Source: the human T2T-CHM13v2.0 reference genome, Homo sapiens | DNA: 64,000 nucleotides | Assembly: GCF_009914755.1 (NCBI RefSeq) | Contig: NC_060929.1 | Direction: 5' to 3' (one strand) | In this document: piece after piece, positions 40,337-59,847 of the stretch | Position numbering within the stretch: position 1 is the first letter of the stretch | How the letters are laid out: each line of letters starts with the position of its first letter | Position numbers and translations under genes: made by a program | The notes under the pieces: model-generated | What the model saw: only the letters and a program-made list of their open reading frames with translations | What the model was told of the DNA's origin: nothing | Databases searched by the model: none

Positions 40337-41116
40337 AGGAAGCCCCCCACTTTTTTTTTTTCTGCCTGAGATTCTTTAAGGAGATAGACGGGTTGAAAGA
40401 CATCAATGAAACAGAAGGGGCGTTCTTGAAGAATTCATAATTTTAAGCAGTTAGTAATTTCATTTTAAAATTTCTGTAGAAGCTCAGGAATTATGATTAA
40501 TCACCATCTGCCTCCAGGCCTTTCATCTCATGACAAACAAATATAATAATGATATCGTGTCACTCTGTTAAATGTTCATACTGTTTCAAGCCCATATGAT
40601 TAGATTTATGTTTTTAAAATCTGTTGTCTCCATATCTTGATGGCTTTTGGGAGCATTTCACACAAGGATATAAAATGCGGTTTTCTTAAATGAAATGTTT
40701 TGTAGCTAGAATAAAATCATTTTTACAAGTACAGCATTCTTGGAAAGAATTTAACACCCAAAAAGGGGAAAATGTAATGAAAAATCTCAAGGTTGGAAAT
40801 ACAGCCTTACTCTCTCTAGAGCTGGAGGACAGGTTTGTGGTTGAGGACTTCTCTGTCCGATGTCTACATTCAGGTTCTGACTTCATATCTTGAAAAAGGA
40901 TTTCCTCCCTGTCTTTTTCAGTGTCTCATAAACGCTACTCTGGATTGTTGTAAATATTAGTGAGATGGGAGGATTTACAGAAGAAAAGCAAGTCAAAAAT
41001 ATTTCCTTTTTGATGTAAAAAAAAAAAGCCCTATTTCGCACTAACATTTTATTTTACAAGTATTTTAATCTTATATTTTGGTATTAGAAAAATTTGTCTA
41101 TTTTTTCATTTTGAAG

Positions 41117-41122
41117 ATTAAA
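41117..41122 (+). terminator. Candidate proximal polyadenylation signal ATTAAA (a further AATAAA lies at 40710-40715)
   Basis: Hexamer in a very U-rich context with a downstream pyrimidine tract (41183-41217). Usage is inferred. Confidence 0.5.
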
Positions 41123-44100
41123 TGTTGCTTACATTTTAAAAGCATGGGTGAAGTGTACAACAAACCAATAATGATAAAAAATACTTCTCTTTTTCTCCCT
41201 GTTTCCCTTTTTCCCTTGGCCACAGCCAAATGCTAATTGCTGCTTTAATTACAGAGATGTGTAAATGTATTCAGATTACAAACTCTACAGGAATACATCA
41301 ACATTTTAACTCTTTTGCGTTTTTACTGTTTAACTGTTTTAAATGCAAGTTATTTTAGGGTGACACTCCTTCCAGTTCTGGCCAGATCATGAGTTTCAAG
41401 ATCAAGAGTAAAAAGTTATTAGAATTAAACAGTTTTATAAAGGGAGGCAGCCCTTTTCCCTCAAGAACAACTTTGTTGAGAGTTACTACTTGACAGCAAG
41501 CACAGAAATGACAAATTTAAAACTTTTACACATGGCATTTACCAAAATTCCCAGTGATTATTTTGTTTAAAAGAGGGAACCTAAATATCTACTCTATTCC
41601 CTTTCAGTTAACTCCACAGAACTTTGTAGGCATCCATGAATACCTGTAATAGTGGGTTAGGTGTGGAGATAAGGAATTTGGACAAAGTTGAGTAAGTTTT
41701 TACTGGGTATCTGCTTTGCACCCAGTAGTCTGCAACATGAGTTTAAACTCAGGTTACTACTTTCACTTATACTTTATGGAGAAGATAGACAGTGAGGGAG
41801 GAATGGGAAGCTGTCATGAGAGTGCACCGTCTTGGAATTACATAACTGGGGTCTTTCCTCAATAACATTTTGAGCATCTGAAAAATAGTTTAAAAAATTG
41901 TCTTAATATCTATTAAAAGGCATGTCTAGTGAGGAAACAGGAGAGTCTGAGCAATCCCTTGGTGGCGATGAAGGTGGTAGTTCACACAAGTAACAGTGGA
42001 GGCAAAGGTAAGCGCAAGCTGCCTGTCCCAGATGCTGGCCCATGTGTGAGTGCTTCCCTGGAGAAGTCTGCTTCTGTTGCTCCCACCTGAGTCACAGTTA
42101 ACAGATTATTTCTGTGTGAGGCACATTTCCCTTCTGTTGTTTAAGAAATGGGAGCTGGGAGGCAGCTGAGAGGGCGTGATAAAAGAATTAAGTGTGATCA
42201 ACTGAAACAACTATGTTGTAGTTCTCCATGCTGGATGCAAAGGAAAAAGTGTCAAATTCCAAAAAGGATGGAAGAAGAAGGCAAGAAGGGCAAACTCCAG
42301 AAGTTCTAGTGCAGGAAGAGAGTTTGAGAAGTAAAATCCAGGCAAGCAAAGCGTTGTACCACTTGGGACTCCCCAAAGTGAAACAGCAAGGAAGGATTGT
42401 GTCCATCTTACTTACTTGAATTGGAGAGCTTGTTTCTCTCTCATTTTTATTTTTCAATGATGTTTTCTTTATATTTTAGAGATATTCATTTTCTCTTATC
42501 TTGTGCTTGTAAAAAGCATTTACATTTCAAGTCTATGTGCTTATTACAGGGGAAAAATAATCTACCTGGTTGCAGTCTTTGAGTATAAACATTTCTAACC
42601 TTTTTAAAACTTCTATAGCAGCCCATTAACACTAACATTTTTAGAGCAAATATATTCTATTTTAACTTCAGGTAGAGGAATAGTCCTAAACTTAATATGA
42701 TAGCTCTAGATAAGATCTTAGAGATAAGTGAGCATTTAGTATTCTAAAAGTGGCAGAACAAATCATGAGGTTTCTGGATGCTATACCAATTTAAAATCAA
42801 TTCTTATGTTAATATTGATTGCTTATTTACATGTCAGTCATCTACTTTTTTTCTTTGAAATCTGCATATGGGTTACAAAAACTCTGTTAGGTTTTGAAAA
42901 TTCCATTAAGTTGGAAACCTTGGTTAAAAATGTAGGTGCCTGGCCCATGGTTACCCTGGATTCAGGTCTCTCATGATTATATTTGGGGATTTACGTTCCT
43001 AACTGCTAAGCAACATCTTTGACAACTAGTAATTCATACTCTACTAGTAGTCACATGTCATATAGTAAAATAAATAGGGCTTAGTTCTTAAGTAATTCTA
43101 TAGGATTTTACCCTGAAATCCAGGGTGTTCAGATTTCAAAAAGGATAATTTATCAGTATTTTCTCATCCAGTCAAACTTCAGCTGACATTGATACAGGTC
43201 AAAATGCGTAGATGCTTTTTGGTGTTGGAAATAAGTGTCTGTCTTATGGTCATCATTGTCTTCTTAGATTTTTGGATGGGGGGCCAGGTAGGGGGAGACT
43301 CAGAAATAAAAGCGTTCCCCAGATAACTTCAATCTGGAAAGAATTTTTTGTATAGAGTCCATCTCTCCCTCAAGACTGACCACAGGTTTCATGAGAAGGT
43401 CCCTGAAAACATCACATTTCTCTGAAGAACCATCAACTTGTCTTTTCTTGAACCACAGGAATGGTTCTACAGACCCTACTATAATTCTTCACATTTCAGA
43501 ACCCATGTTTAATGGAGGGAAGAGAGAAATGCATGGGAAAAGAACACCTCCTTTTCTCCTTTCTCTTAAATTCAAAGACGTTTGCTTTGGAATGCCCTCA
43601 CTTCTCCCTATTCACAGGCTTCTAAAATCATTAATTTACTCAAGGCACATGTGCCTTCTTTGCCCCAAATGCATCACTTTCCTTTTAGTTATGGCTGATT
43701 TTGGGTGTGTGTGTGTAAGACATGCAGTCAACAACGAGATGAAGGCCATTGCATAGATCTCATGCAGATAGTGATGGATTCAGAAAGTAGGTTCCAGTGG
43801 CGTCACTACCTTCTTGTAAGCCAGTATACACTGGCTATTTGTGGAAATCTCTTTGGGAGATCAAATAGAGTATTATGCCACTGTGAGTGTTTATAAACTG
43901 GAAGGAACAAGTACCTGTGTTTCTTGGGACACAAAGCACTCAGATCCTGAGTGGATGCAGACATGAGAGTAAATGTCAGCCCAAATTAGGCCCCTCGACC
44001 TACAGACATTTCATGGGTTTTATTTAATCACACCCCATGGTTTGGGGCTACATGAGGAAGTTGGTAATGAGCTGAATTTCTTATTCAGTGGAAAAAACTG

Positions 44101-45685
44101 AAACTGTCTAAAAACACGGGATATATTTTAGAGGCAATTGTGGAAGCGGAGAGAATGAGATGATGGTGTTCAGAGGGACCAGCTTCTTTTTCAGTTGTCT
44201 TTAGAACTCAAGAATAATCAATAATTTAGTGCCCCTTCAACAGCCATACTCAGCAAGAAGAATCAGAAGCTTGATCCTCTAACAGAAATAGAAGAGGGTA
44301 GCTTTGCCCATTGCCACTGTCTTTACTGCCCCTTCTGCCCCTCCACCCACATCCACATTCAGCATCACTCCAAGGATGTGTCAGCATCTTGCCCATGCAG
44401 GTAGAAATTTGTGAGTAGGCCTCCATACTTCCTCGGGGGAAGAAAGAGAAACTAGTGCTGGTTTTAAGAATGTAGCTGGCTTTTCATCAGAACCCTTACG
44501 CTAACCTGACCACACTTGCTCTCGGGGAAGTTCAAGCCTGTGATGTGCATAAACTCCAACAAGCCTGGCTTTGGTGTTCAGCATGCACATTCCATAAATA
44601 TCTCTTGCAGGCATACCCCACAGCTAGACTGCAGGATTAAAATAACTTCCAAAAGGTGCTGGATTGGAGTTTGTTCAAATTTCTCATTAACCACTAATGT
44701 TAATTCATACCAAATGCAAAGTATTCTAAACCAGCTGATGCTGTCAGTGTTCAAGTTTTAAGTGACTTCAAACACAATGGAAGTGTTTCAATGGGAGCCA
44801 GATCTCATGAGTAAAAATCCATTTTATAATAGCTCTGTGATATATCAGTGGGAGATGATTCATAGGGGAGAGATTTGAACAAGCAGAATTAAGTGTTAGC
44901 AAAAATGCTGCATTGCTTTGATTCATGTTTAAAGACCTAAATTTCTATGCACAAGGAATAAAGGGCCTACTTACCAAGTGTAAATCACAACATAGGCTAC
45001 CAAAATATTTCTTATTTGCTAGGAGAACAAAGCTGTCACGGTGCATGATAGTTGGACAGAGATGGCTAAAAAAGAGGCAAATTCAGATTTGGAAACAGGG
45101 TGGCCTCTTCATTATTTATTGCCAAGATCTGAAAATCTTCAACATCTTATAAGACAACAATGAAGTAGCCCCTGAACAGCATGGAGTTGCTGTGAGTTTG
45201 TTCGTTGCAGACCTTTGTGTTGGGTCCTGGGAATCTGAGCTTTGTTCCCTGTGCATGGTGGATAATTGAAACCAAGAGGACATGGGATAGACCTTGTGAC
45301 AGACCAATTCTGTGACCCCTGTCTTCTGGGTCACATTATTCATTGTTGATTTAAATACAGGACTACCAAACAGTACAAATCTATCATGAGTCTGGTAGAA
45401 AAGTAAAAGTAAAAGCTGCACACGTTACATACTGTTTATTGTTCTAATGTACAACTAACTATTTGCATATAATGTGATTTAATTTATTGCTGTTTTGTGT
45501 AGAAAAGGAGAACTAATGACTGTGGATATAACCCATGTTTTGTATAATATATTTTATTTCTTGTGCGAACTGGTCATTTAAAATATCTACTTCATTTGAT
45601 GTTTGGATATAAATGTGTATGTGTCCTTGTAAATGTTTCTATCAAGCAAGAATGCCACGTACTCAGAGTATAACAATGTGTTCTC

Positions 45686-45691
45686 ATTAAA
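45686..45691 (+). terminator. Distal polyadenylation signal ATTAAA
   Basis: Several TGTA (CFIm-type) motifs within 250 nt upstream, T-rich sequence downstream, and a composition change after ~45720. Confidence 0.75.
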
Positions 45692-46704
45692 AAATACATC
45701 CCACGGAAACCTCTTCCTGTTTATAATTCAACCAGCATGCACTGCACATATCCATATTCTTTGAGGGCTTTTGTTCTCCTGGGACTTGTTTAAGTCAAAG
45801 AGCAATAGGTGGGTCCGATGAATTGTAATATTTGAATGATACCCATGAAAAAACCCAAGAATTTCTGCCTAGCAAAGGCAAATCGACAGAATTTTAAAAT
45901 GAGGGGCAAACCTTGAATCAGCTGGTAAGGGAAAGAATCTTCATGAAGAATAACCGTCATCTTGAGTCACTACAGCTCGAGAGCACTTCATGGTTGACTT
46001 CATCGACTCATGTTATTAAGTCCTTTGCCACTTTAAAGAGGTCCTAAGTCAATTTTGTCACTTTAAAGACCTCCCCATGTTCCAGCATACTAAGCAGATT
46101 AACCAGTCTCCAGCATCTCCAGTTGCCTCTGGGTTGTAGAAAGCTGCTTCACCATCTGGGAAGTTACTAATGATTTATTTTAAGCCCAAGAAACATATAG
46201 CAATTCTCATGGTTGGAGCAATGTTCCCCTGATCCTGCTGCTGCTGCCACCACCAATGAGGTCCCCAGGTGACACCACAAATACCACTCAAACTCCCCAT
46301 GTTTGAGGAGATTCTGCTGACTCGGGGTGGGGTGGGGTAGGGCATGGGGGCATGGCAGGAATGAAGGGTAGAGACAGAAAAGTTCTGGAAAACAAGATTT
46401 CCCACTGTGACTTTTCCATCTCCGTTTTGGGAAACATGGCCTCCTTGAATCTTTCCACCATATTCCTACCTCCCCAGTCCCCTCTGAATTTCATTTCATG
46501 CATACCCAACATCCCATGATGGGCTAAAGATGCCTCATGACTGGCTCTTGGGGCTGTGCCCACTGAAGAGGCCCTAGGGAGCTCCAAACACCATTGATTT
46601 AGAGCTCTGCCCTAATCCTAAATCAGGGGCATCTGGCATTGACTTAAATAGGAACTACTATAGTGGGAGATACCAATGGCCATGTGTCTTTAAAAAAAAA
46701 ATAC

Positions 46705-47038
<334 letters not shown>

Positions 47039-48559
47039 TAGAGTCAAGAAAAAAATACCCTTTGCAGGCCTGTGCAACCCTGATGATCATTAGCTGCTGA
47101 AGTTCTTGAGGAGTGGAGAGGAGGAGGAAGATGAGCAGGGCATGATGGGCTATGTGGTTTGTATTAATCCGTCATGCCATTTTCTCACATGCTGCCCCTT
47201 CTGTCATTTCCATTTCATAGATGGCGACTCTCTGGAGCCAGACTCCCGGAGTTTCATAGCCTGGCTCCGATCCTTGTGTGAAAATGAGGATAATACCAAT
47301 TCCAACCTCATGGGGCTACTGTGAGAACTTTACGCTTAGGATTCTGCCTGGCAGGTAGTGAAAGATTCAGTGGAATTACTATTATACTCTCCTGTCTCCT
47401 TGGATAAGGAGACAAACCTCTCAGTTGGTAATTTTTGAGGCCTTTAAGGCAAAAGGAATTTCTACTGTTGAAAGCCGGGCAGCCCACATTTCTTTCTTTT
47501 CAATTTGGCTTGATGACAAGTTGCCTCGACCTCTTGGAGGATGAGATGAAAGGCAAGAGGTCCCTTTTCTGTACACCGCCCCTCTCTAAAGGGTCCCGAT
47601 AAGGGCCGAGAAAGGGACAGTGATAGCCACATTGCCTCTGAAGCTTTCAGAGGGCCTGCGCAGCTTTACTCAAATCTGGGTTCCCTCCTTAGAGTGTAGG
47701 CGCCAATCCTGGAGCAGTAGGCCATACATGCTGTACCTGCCTTCCACCCCCTGCTTTCTCCCCTGGCTGAGATGGGTCTGGGGACTGCTCTTTGGAGTTC
47801 ATCACCTCACTGCTGTGATTGGTCAGAGCAGTTCCTGCCATGACATAGAGGACTCGTGTGTCCTAAAGAAGAGCCTCCCACCTCGGTGCCCTCAGCCCCA
47901 GGTCTTTCCCGATAATGCTGGCATTTTGTCCTAAATGCAAGAGTAGCACCTCATTAAGGGTGTTGGTGGGCAGGGGATTTCCTAGTGTAGACAAAGGAGG
48001 TTTTTATTCCACTGCTACTCCAATGGCTCAAGAGAGACCAGGCATCACACAGGCTGGCAGAGAATGCTGCATTAAAGTGACCTTTATGGACTAGAGGACA
48101 TGAGGTTCCTGGTACCCACAAGATCCTCCTACTCCCAGTGCTAGCAGCTACAGAGACCAGAATAGAGATGACATCCGCTCTTCTGGAAGGGCCTCTGACA
48201 GTTCAGTTCAGAATGAGGATGGAATAAAGCAGATCTGGGAGGCTTACTCTAGGCTGTGTCACCCCCTCCATCCCTTGCACAGTGATCCCTGCTAGGCTCC
48301 CTCTGGTGGTGCATAGACTGGTTCTGTGGAATGCTTGAGAAGGACTAGCAGTGCATGAAGAGATAGGTGTTCCCCCAGTGGGAACCTCTTGGTGATATCA
48401 AAGATACACTTTCAGGCAAACATCCAGCAAGAGGCTGACTCTCAGTAGAATTTGCCACCTGTCATTTTAACCATATACTACTTTATGACTATTCTCAGCA
48501 TTTTATTCAGAAGGAAAATGAAGACAGCAGAATGTATGCCATTCTCAATTTGATGACAC

Positions 48560-48695
48560 TAGCTATTTATTGAGAACATTCCACATGGCAAAGTGGGGCT
48601 TAGGCACCTTAGATATGTGCAGGTTTTGCACTCTCACAGCACCCCTATGAGCTAGGACTGTGGTTATCCTATTCATCTTAGAAATGTGTAAACTA
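48560..48695 (-). mobile_element. MIR, left half (split by the L1 insertion; resumes at 56294)
   Basis: ctatttattgag...ctctcacagcacccctatgagctagg...aaatgtgtaaacta. Confidence 0.75.
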
Positions 48696-55219
<6,524 letters not shown>

Positions 55220-56280
55220 TTTGATTTATCATAATTTTATTGATCTTTATATGAATTGTTGCTTTTGTAAGTCAAAAAGTGGTCAACCATTGGCAATTTC
55301 ATATAGTTTGATCTAATATTTTGGAGCTATGTTGCTGATGTTTGTTAGTTCAGGTTTGTTATATTTTCTGATATATTGTGTGATAACCTTTTTTTACTTT
55401 AAAGTCTGTTTCATCTGCTATTTATATAGTTAGAGCATCTTTATTTTGATCAGCATTTTAAAAATGTAATCCACCTATCTTTCTTCTGATTAAATTCTAT
55501 TTGGACTAAAAAAAAAAGAAATAAAAAGAAATGTTTGATGAATTAAAATAAATTGGCCTGGGGGTATTAATTCTAGCAAAGTCAAGGTATTGCTGTCTAG
55601 TACCTAGTGTCAGGGAGGATGGTTATCTCCATAGCCAGTGTATGATACTGATACATACTGATACATACTGACAACATACCTGAGACTGGGTAACTTATAA
55701 AGAAAAAGAGGCTTAATGGACTCATAGTTCCACATGTCTGGGGAGGCCTCACAATCATGGTGGAAAGTGAAGGAGGAGCAAAGGCAGGTCTTACATAGTG
55801 GGAGGTAAGAAAGTGTGTGCAGAGGAACTGCACTTTTTAAAGCCATCAGATCACAAGAGACTTATTCACTATCGCAAGAACAGCCTGGGAAAATCTGCCA
55901 CCATGATTTAATTACCTCCCACTGGGTCCCTCCCACAACACATGGGGATTATGGGAGCTGCAACTCAAGATGAGATTTGGGTGGGGACACAGCCAAACCA
56001 TATCAGTTAGAGAGGTTTTAAAAGGCTTTATGGGATGGTGAAAACAAGTGGAGGTTGGGAGTCAATCAGAGACAGGATCAAGACTTGTTTGTGGGCTCAA
56101 GTGTCTTGTTTGGGTGTGTTAGATGAATCATTTAACCCCACGTATAAAATATCAGTATGTTTGTATGTTTTCGCACCTCTCACAGAAATATTGCAGTTAC
56201 AAAGTAAATGGCATCATCTGGTTCCCCGCTCCCCCCACAATAAAGCTCTACCAACACAAGAAAAAAAAATAAAAGAAAAG
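55220..56280 (+). other. L1 3'-transduced segment with an internal and a terminal A-tail
   Basis: Lies inside the TSD aatgtgtaaacta (48683-48695 and 56281-56293); AATAAA at 56239 precedes the A-rich tail at 56258-56280. Confidence 0.85.
55639..56005 (-). mobile_element. THE1 (MaLR) solo LTR
   Basis: tgagactgggtaa...gaggcctcacaatcatgg...gagatttgggtggggacacagccaaaccatatca; the left end is replaced by atactgatac repeats. Confidence 0.9.
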
Positions 56281-56293
56281 AATGTGTAAACTA

Positions 56294-56365
56294 AGGCACA
56301 GAGAAATTAAGTAACTTGCCCAAGGTCTCACAGTTAACTAGTGGCAGAGCTGGGGTTTGGAGTTA
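56294..56365 (-). mobile_element. MIR, right half
   Basis: aggcacagagaaattaagtaacttgcccaaggtctcacag continues the MIR consensus exactly from 48695. Confidence 0.85.
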
Positions 56366-56409
56366 GGCTAACAGCTGTAGGCAGTGGCTACACCAAATGG
56401 CTCAATCCA

Positions 56410-57550
56410 TTATTCGTCATTTTCAGTCTTCCATAAGTGACTTCCCTTCCTTTTCATCACCTCACACCCATCTCTCCGTCTCCATTTTCACTGCCCCTAA
56501 ACAAGGCCTTCATCACCTTATATCCAAATGAGAGGAAGCAGCCTTCTAACTCTGCTCCTTCTAAGCTCTCCTCTTTCATGCAACTGCCATCTCATCCTTT
56601 CTAAAATACTGCACTGATAATGTTACTCCTGATATAGGAGTTAAGAAGAAATTACTTAGGCAGATAGTAAGGGTATGGGAGTACTTGGTAAGGCTTTTCT
56701 TTTTTAATGAAAAGCAACCCCAAATCATTTTCTAACAAAGAGCAGCCTCCAAGCTAGGAGCTTGCAGGGGTGAATGCTGGCAGGAACTAAGGACTAGACC
56801 TATTCAGGATGGCGGCTCCATCTTCCCTTCTCTGCCAGCCACGTGTGCTGTAAATGTGCAGAGAAGATGGCACTGATCGACTGGAAAACCATTTGCATAA
56901 GAAAATTAGACCAGCCTTCCTCACGCGCTATGTAGAGATGTCATACCTGATTGAACCAATCTATGAGCCCTATGTAAATCAGACACTGCCTTCTCCATCC
57001 TGCCTATAAAATCTGCTGTGGTCTGCGGCTTCCCCTCTTTTCGGACATCTCTTTCTCTTTGGCAAGGAGCTGCTCTCTTCCCTCCTTTCTCCTGTCTATT
57101 AAACTTTCCACTCTTTAACCCACCCACATGTGTCCATGTCCTGAATTCTTTCTCAGTGCTTGACAATGAACCCCAGGGTATGTACCCCAGACAGTGTAGC
57201 AGTTTCACTCCCTTGCTCAAAAACCTTTAAGTACTCCTATTCCCCACAGATCAGGTTCCATATTCTATGCCTGATGTCCAAAGCCCTACAACCTCAGTCT
57301 TTCTGTATTGGTTTATTATCATTCACTATTGCTTTGATGCAGTTAAATTGTGCTGCATTTGACTTAACTGAAATTGATTTACTTCCCTGCCCTTTCCTGC
57401 CAGAAACTCTCAATTCCCACTGTTCCTCCTGCCTGAAAAATCCTTTGCTTTCTAATTGAGTCCACCCATCTGCAGTTTGAAATCCTATTTCCTCTGTAAG
57501 CGTCCCTGCTCCCCCTAACCTGAAATGAACTCTACCTTATTTTGTGTCTC
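56410..57550 (+). mobile_element. L2 fragment interrupted by an LTR
   Basis: ctttctaaaa...atgttactcc|cttgctcaaaaaccttta reads through across the LTR. Confidence 0.65.
56630..57207 (+). mobile_element. ERV1-class (MER4-group) solo LTR
   Basis: TG...CA ends, 4-bp TSD ctcc (56626-56629 and 57208-57211), CCAAT at ~56956, TATAAAA at ~57005, ATTAAA at ~57098. Confidence 0.88.
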
Positions 57551-58361
57551 AGGGGCTATGAACGGGTGGTTGGCAGATGCGTTTTGTTTGGGCAACCAGT
57601 TTTTAGAAAGAAATTGAATGTGAATGTCTTTGGATGGGGCAAATGCTTTCGATTTGCGAGCCTCCCTACACTCCTGATGTTCTTAAACCCAGCTGTCTTC
57701 ACAAACTTATTTTAGGGTTTGCAAACCCTGTGTGTACGGCTAATTGGTGAGCTCTTCTCTCTTCTATTGCTACCTTATTTATCCTTTTGACATTATAATT
57801 TCCAGGCTGCTGGCCTTCAGAGAATTGACTGACACTGTAGATTTGTCTTTCTCTCTCTTTAGCTCTTTATCAAGTAATAAGTGATTCCAAAACAAAATAT
57901 TTGCTGTACCAGGGGAATTATTACTTGAAGAAACTATAGCATTTTTGTAATGCTAATATTCCATAATAAGTCTGCATTATGAAATCAGATTTTCTGAAGA
58001 CTGGCTTATTCTTAAGTGGCTTCCCACAAGAAAGACTCTAAGAGATCATAAATCCCTGCTTTTCTGTTTTCTAGCTTTGTGGCTTCTGCAAACCATAGGA
58101 CCTTTCTGGGCCTCAGTTTCTGCCTTTGTACAACTGGGAGGATAATAACTCCTTTGTAGGGTTTTCAAGTGGTGACTGATATGCACCAGAAACTCAATAG
58201 ACTGGAGCCATTAATATTTTCATGAGGTAAACCTTATTTACTTAGTGCCTCAAGTTGCTGGGTTCCTAGTGTTAAGACTGGTCCATAACGGAGGCCCTGG
58301 GGGTCTCTTTAGTGTGTGGCTCAGAGCAGGTACATTCTCATCCTCATCCTCATCCTCATTC

Positions 58362-58951
58362 TGTGTCTGGAGTTGATTTCTTCTGGTGGATTCATGGTCT
58401 CGCTGAATTCAAGAATGAAGCCACAGACCTTTGCCGTGAGTGTTACAGCTTTTAAAAGTGGCACGGATCCAAAGAGTGAGCAGCAGCAAAATTTATTGTA
58501 AAGAGTGAAAGAACAAAGCTTCCACAGCATGGAAGGGGATCTGAGTGGGTTGCTGCTGCTGGCTGGGGTGGCCAGCTTTTATTCCCTTATTTGTCCCCTC
58601 CCATGTTCTGTTTCTGTCCTATCAGAGTGCCCTTTTCTCAATCCTCCCTGCGATTGGCTACTTTTAGACTCCTGCTGATTGGTGCACTTTACAGAGTGCT
58701 GATTGGTGCGTTCTACAATCCTCTTGCTAGCTACAGAGCACTGATTGGTGCGTTTTACAATCCTCTTGCTAGCTACAGAGTGCTGATTGGTGCATTTTAC
58801 AATCCTCTTGCTAGCTACAGAGTGTTGATTTGTGCATTTTACAATCGAAGCTACAGAGTGCTGATTGGTGTATTTTACAATCCTCTTGTAAGACAGAAAA
58901 GTTCTCCAAGTCCCCACTCGACCCAGGAAGTCTAGCTGGCTTCACCTCTCA
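58362..58951 (-). mobile_element. LTR12-family (ERV9) solo LTR, short LTR12F-like form
   Basis: TG...CA ends, 4-bp TSD attc (58358-58361 and 58952-58955), aagaatgaagcc and gagtgagcagcagcaa motifs, 42-bp tandem repeats carrying ctgattgg. Confidence 0.92.
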
Positions 58952-59546
58952 ATTCCACAGATAAAGACACTGAGGCACACCCAAGGTTGTGGGTGTGAGG
59001 GTCCTGGCTGGAGCAAGGATGAGAGCTCATGTGTGTGACACAGACTCTCTTCCACACGCTGGGCTAAGCCCCAGATCTCACACAATCCTCACTGCAACCC
59101 ACTGAGGCAGGCACTGTCATCATCCCTGAGACAAAGAGTGGTTAAACAACTTGTCCCGGTCACACAGCTAGGAAATGACAGGGCCAGAATATGACAGCAG
59201 GGAGTCTGGCAGCAGAGCCCAGGTGCTCCTCCACTCTGATGGCTGCAGTGGTACTGCTGGTGGTCTCCAGGGCGCATGCCTTAAGAATACCTGGAGGACC
59301 CTCTAGAGGGTCTGCCACCTTTCACCCCTGTTGCCTGCTGCCCTATCAATCATGATGAGAGGAAAAGAGTGCCTTTACAGCAGAATTGAGGATCACAGTT
59401 CAGGGCTTCCCACATTCCCATCTGTAGACTGGTATCAATTCAGAAAGTTTTACCAGTCTGTGCTGAAATAAAGAAAAATTAAGATGAATTAAGATGATGT
59501 AGGGAAGTGTTCATAAACATAAACTGATTCAATATTTAAATATCAA

Positions 59547-59847
59547 TTTTTTTTAGACAGTCTTGCTCTGTTGCCCAGGCTGGAGTGCAGTGGTGTGATC
59601 TCAGCTCACTGCAACTTCCGCCTTCCTCAGGCTCAAGTATCCTCCAACCTCAGCCTCCTGAGTGGCTGGAACTACAGGCACATGCCACCACACCCAAGTA
59701 ATTTTTGCTTTTTTTTTTTTTTTCTTTGGTGGAGACAGGGTTTTGCCATGTTGCCCAGTCTGGTCTCAAACTCCTGGGTTCAAGTGGTCCTCCCACCTCA
59801 GCCTCTCAAGGTGCTGAGATTACAGGTGTGAACCACCAGACCCAGCC
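59547..59847 (-). mobile_element. AluJ
   Basis: TSD ttaaatatcaa at 59536-59546 and 59848-59858; J-type left arm. Confidence 0.9.

Larger units (their letters stand above)
40337..45710 (+). other. NPR3: NPR3 long 3' UTR (~5.4 kb; 3' end approximate)
   Basis: Follows the stop codon; AT-rich and free of Alu/L1; ends in a U-rich, TGTA-rich block with ATTAAA at 45686. Length agrees with my recollection of the long NPR3 mRNA. Confidence 0.8.

Noticed and set aside
58579-58935. ORFs with 14-aa periodic repeats; array superficially CRISPR-like
   Set aside because: These are contiguous 42-bp tandem units of the LTR12 U3, with no unique spacers and no cas genes, in human DNA.
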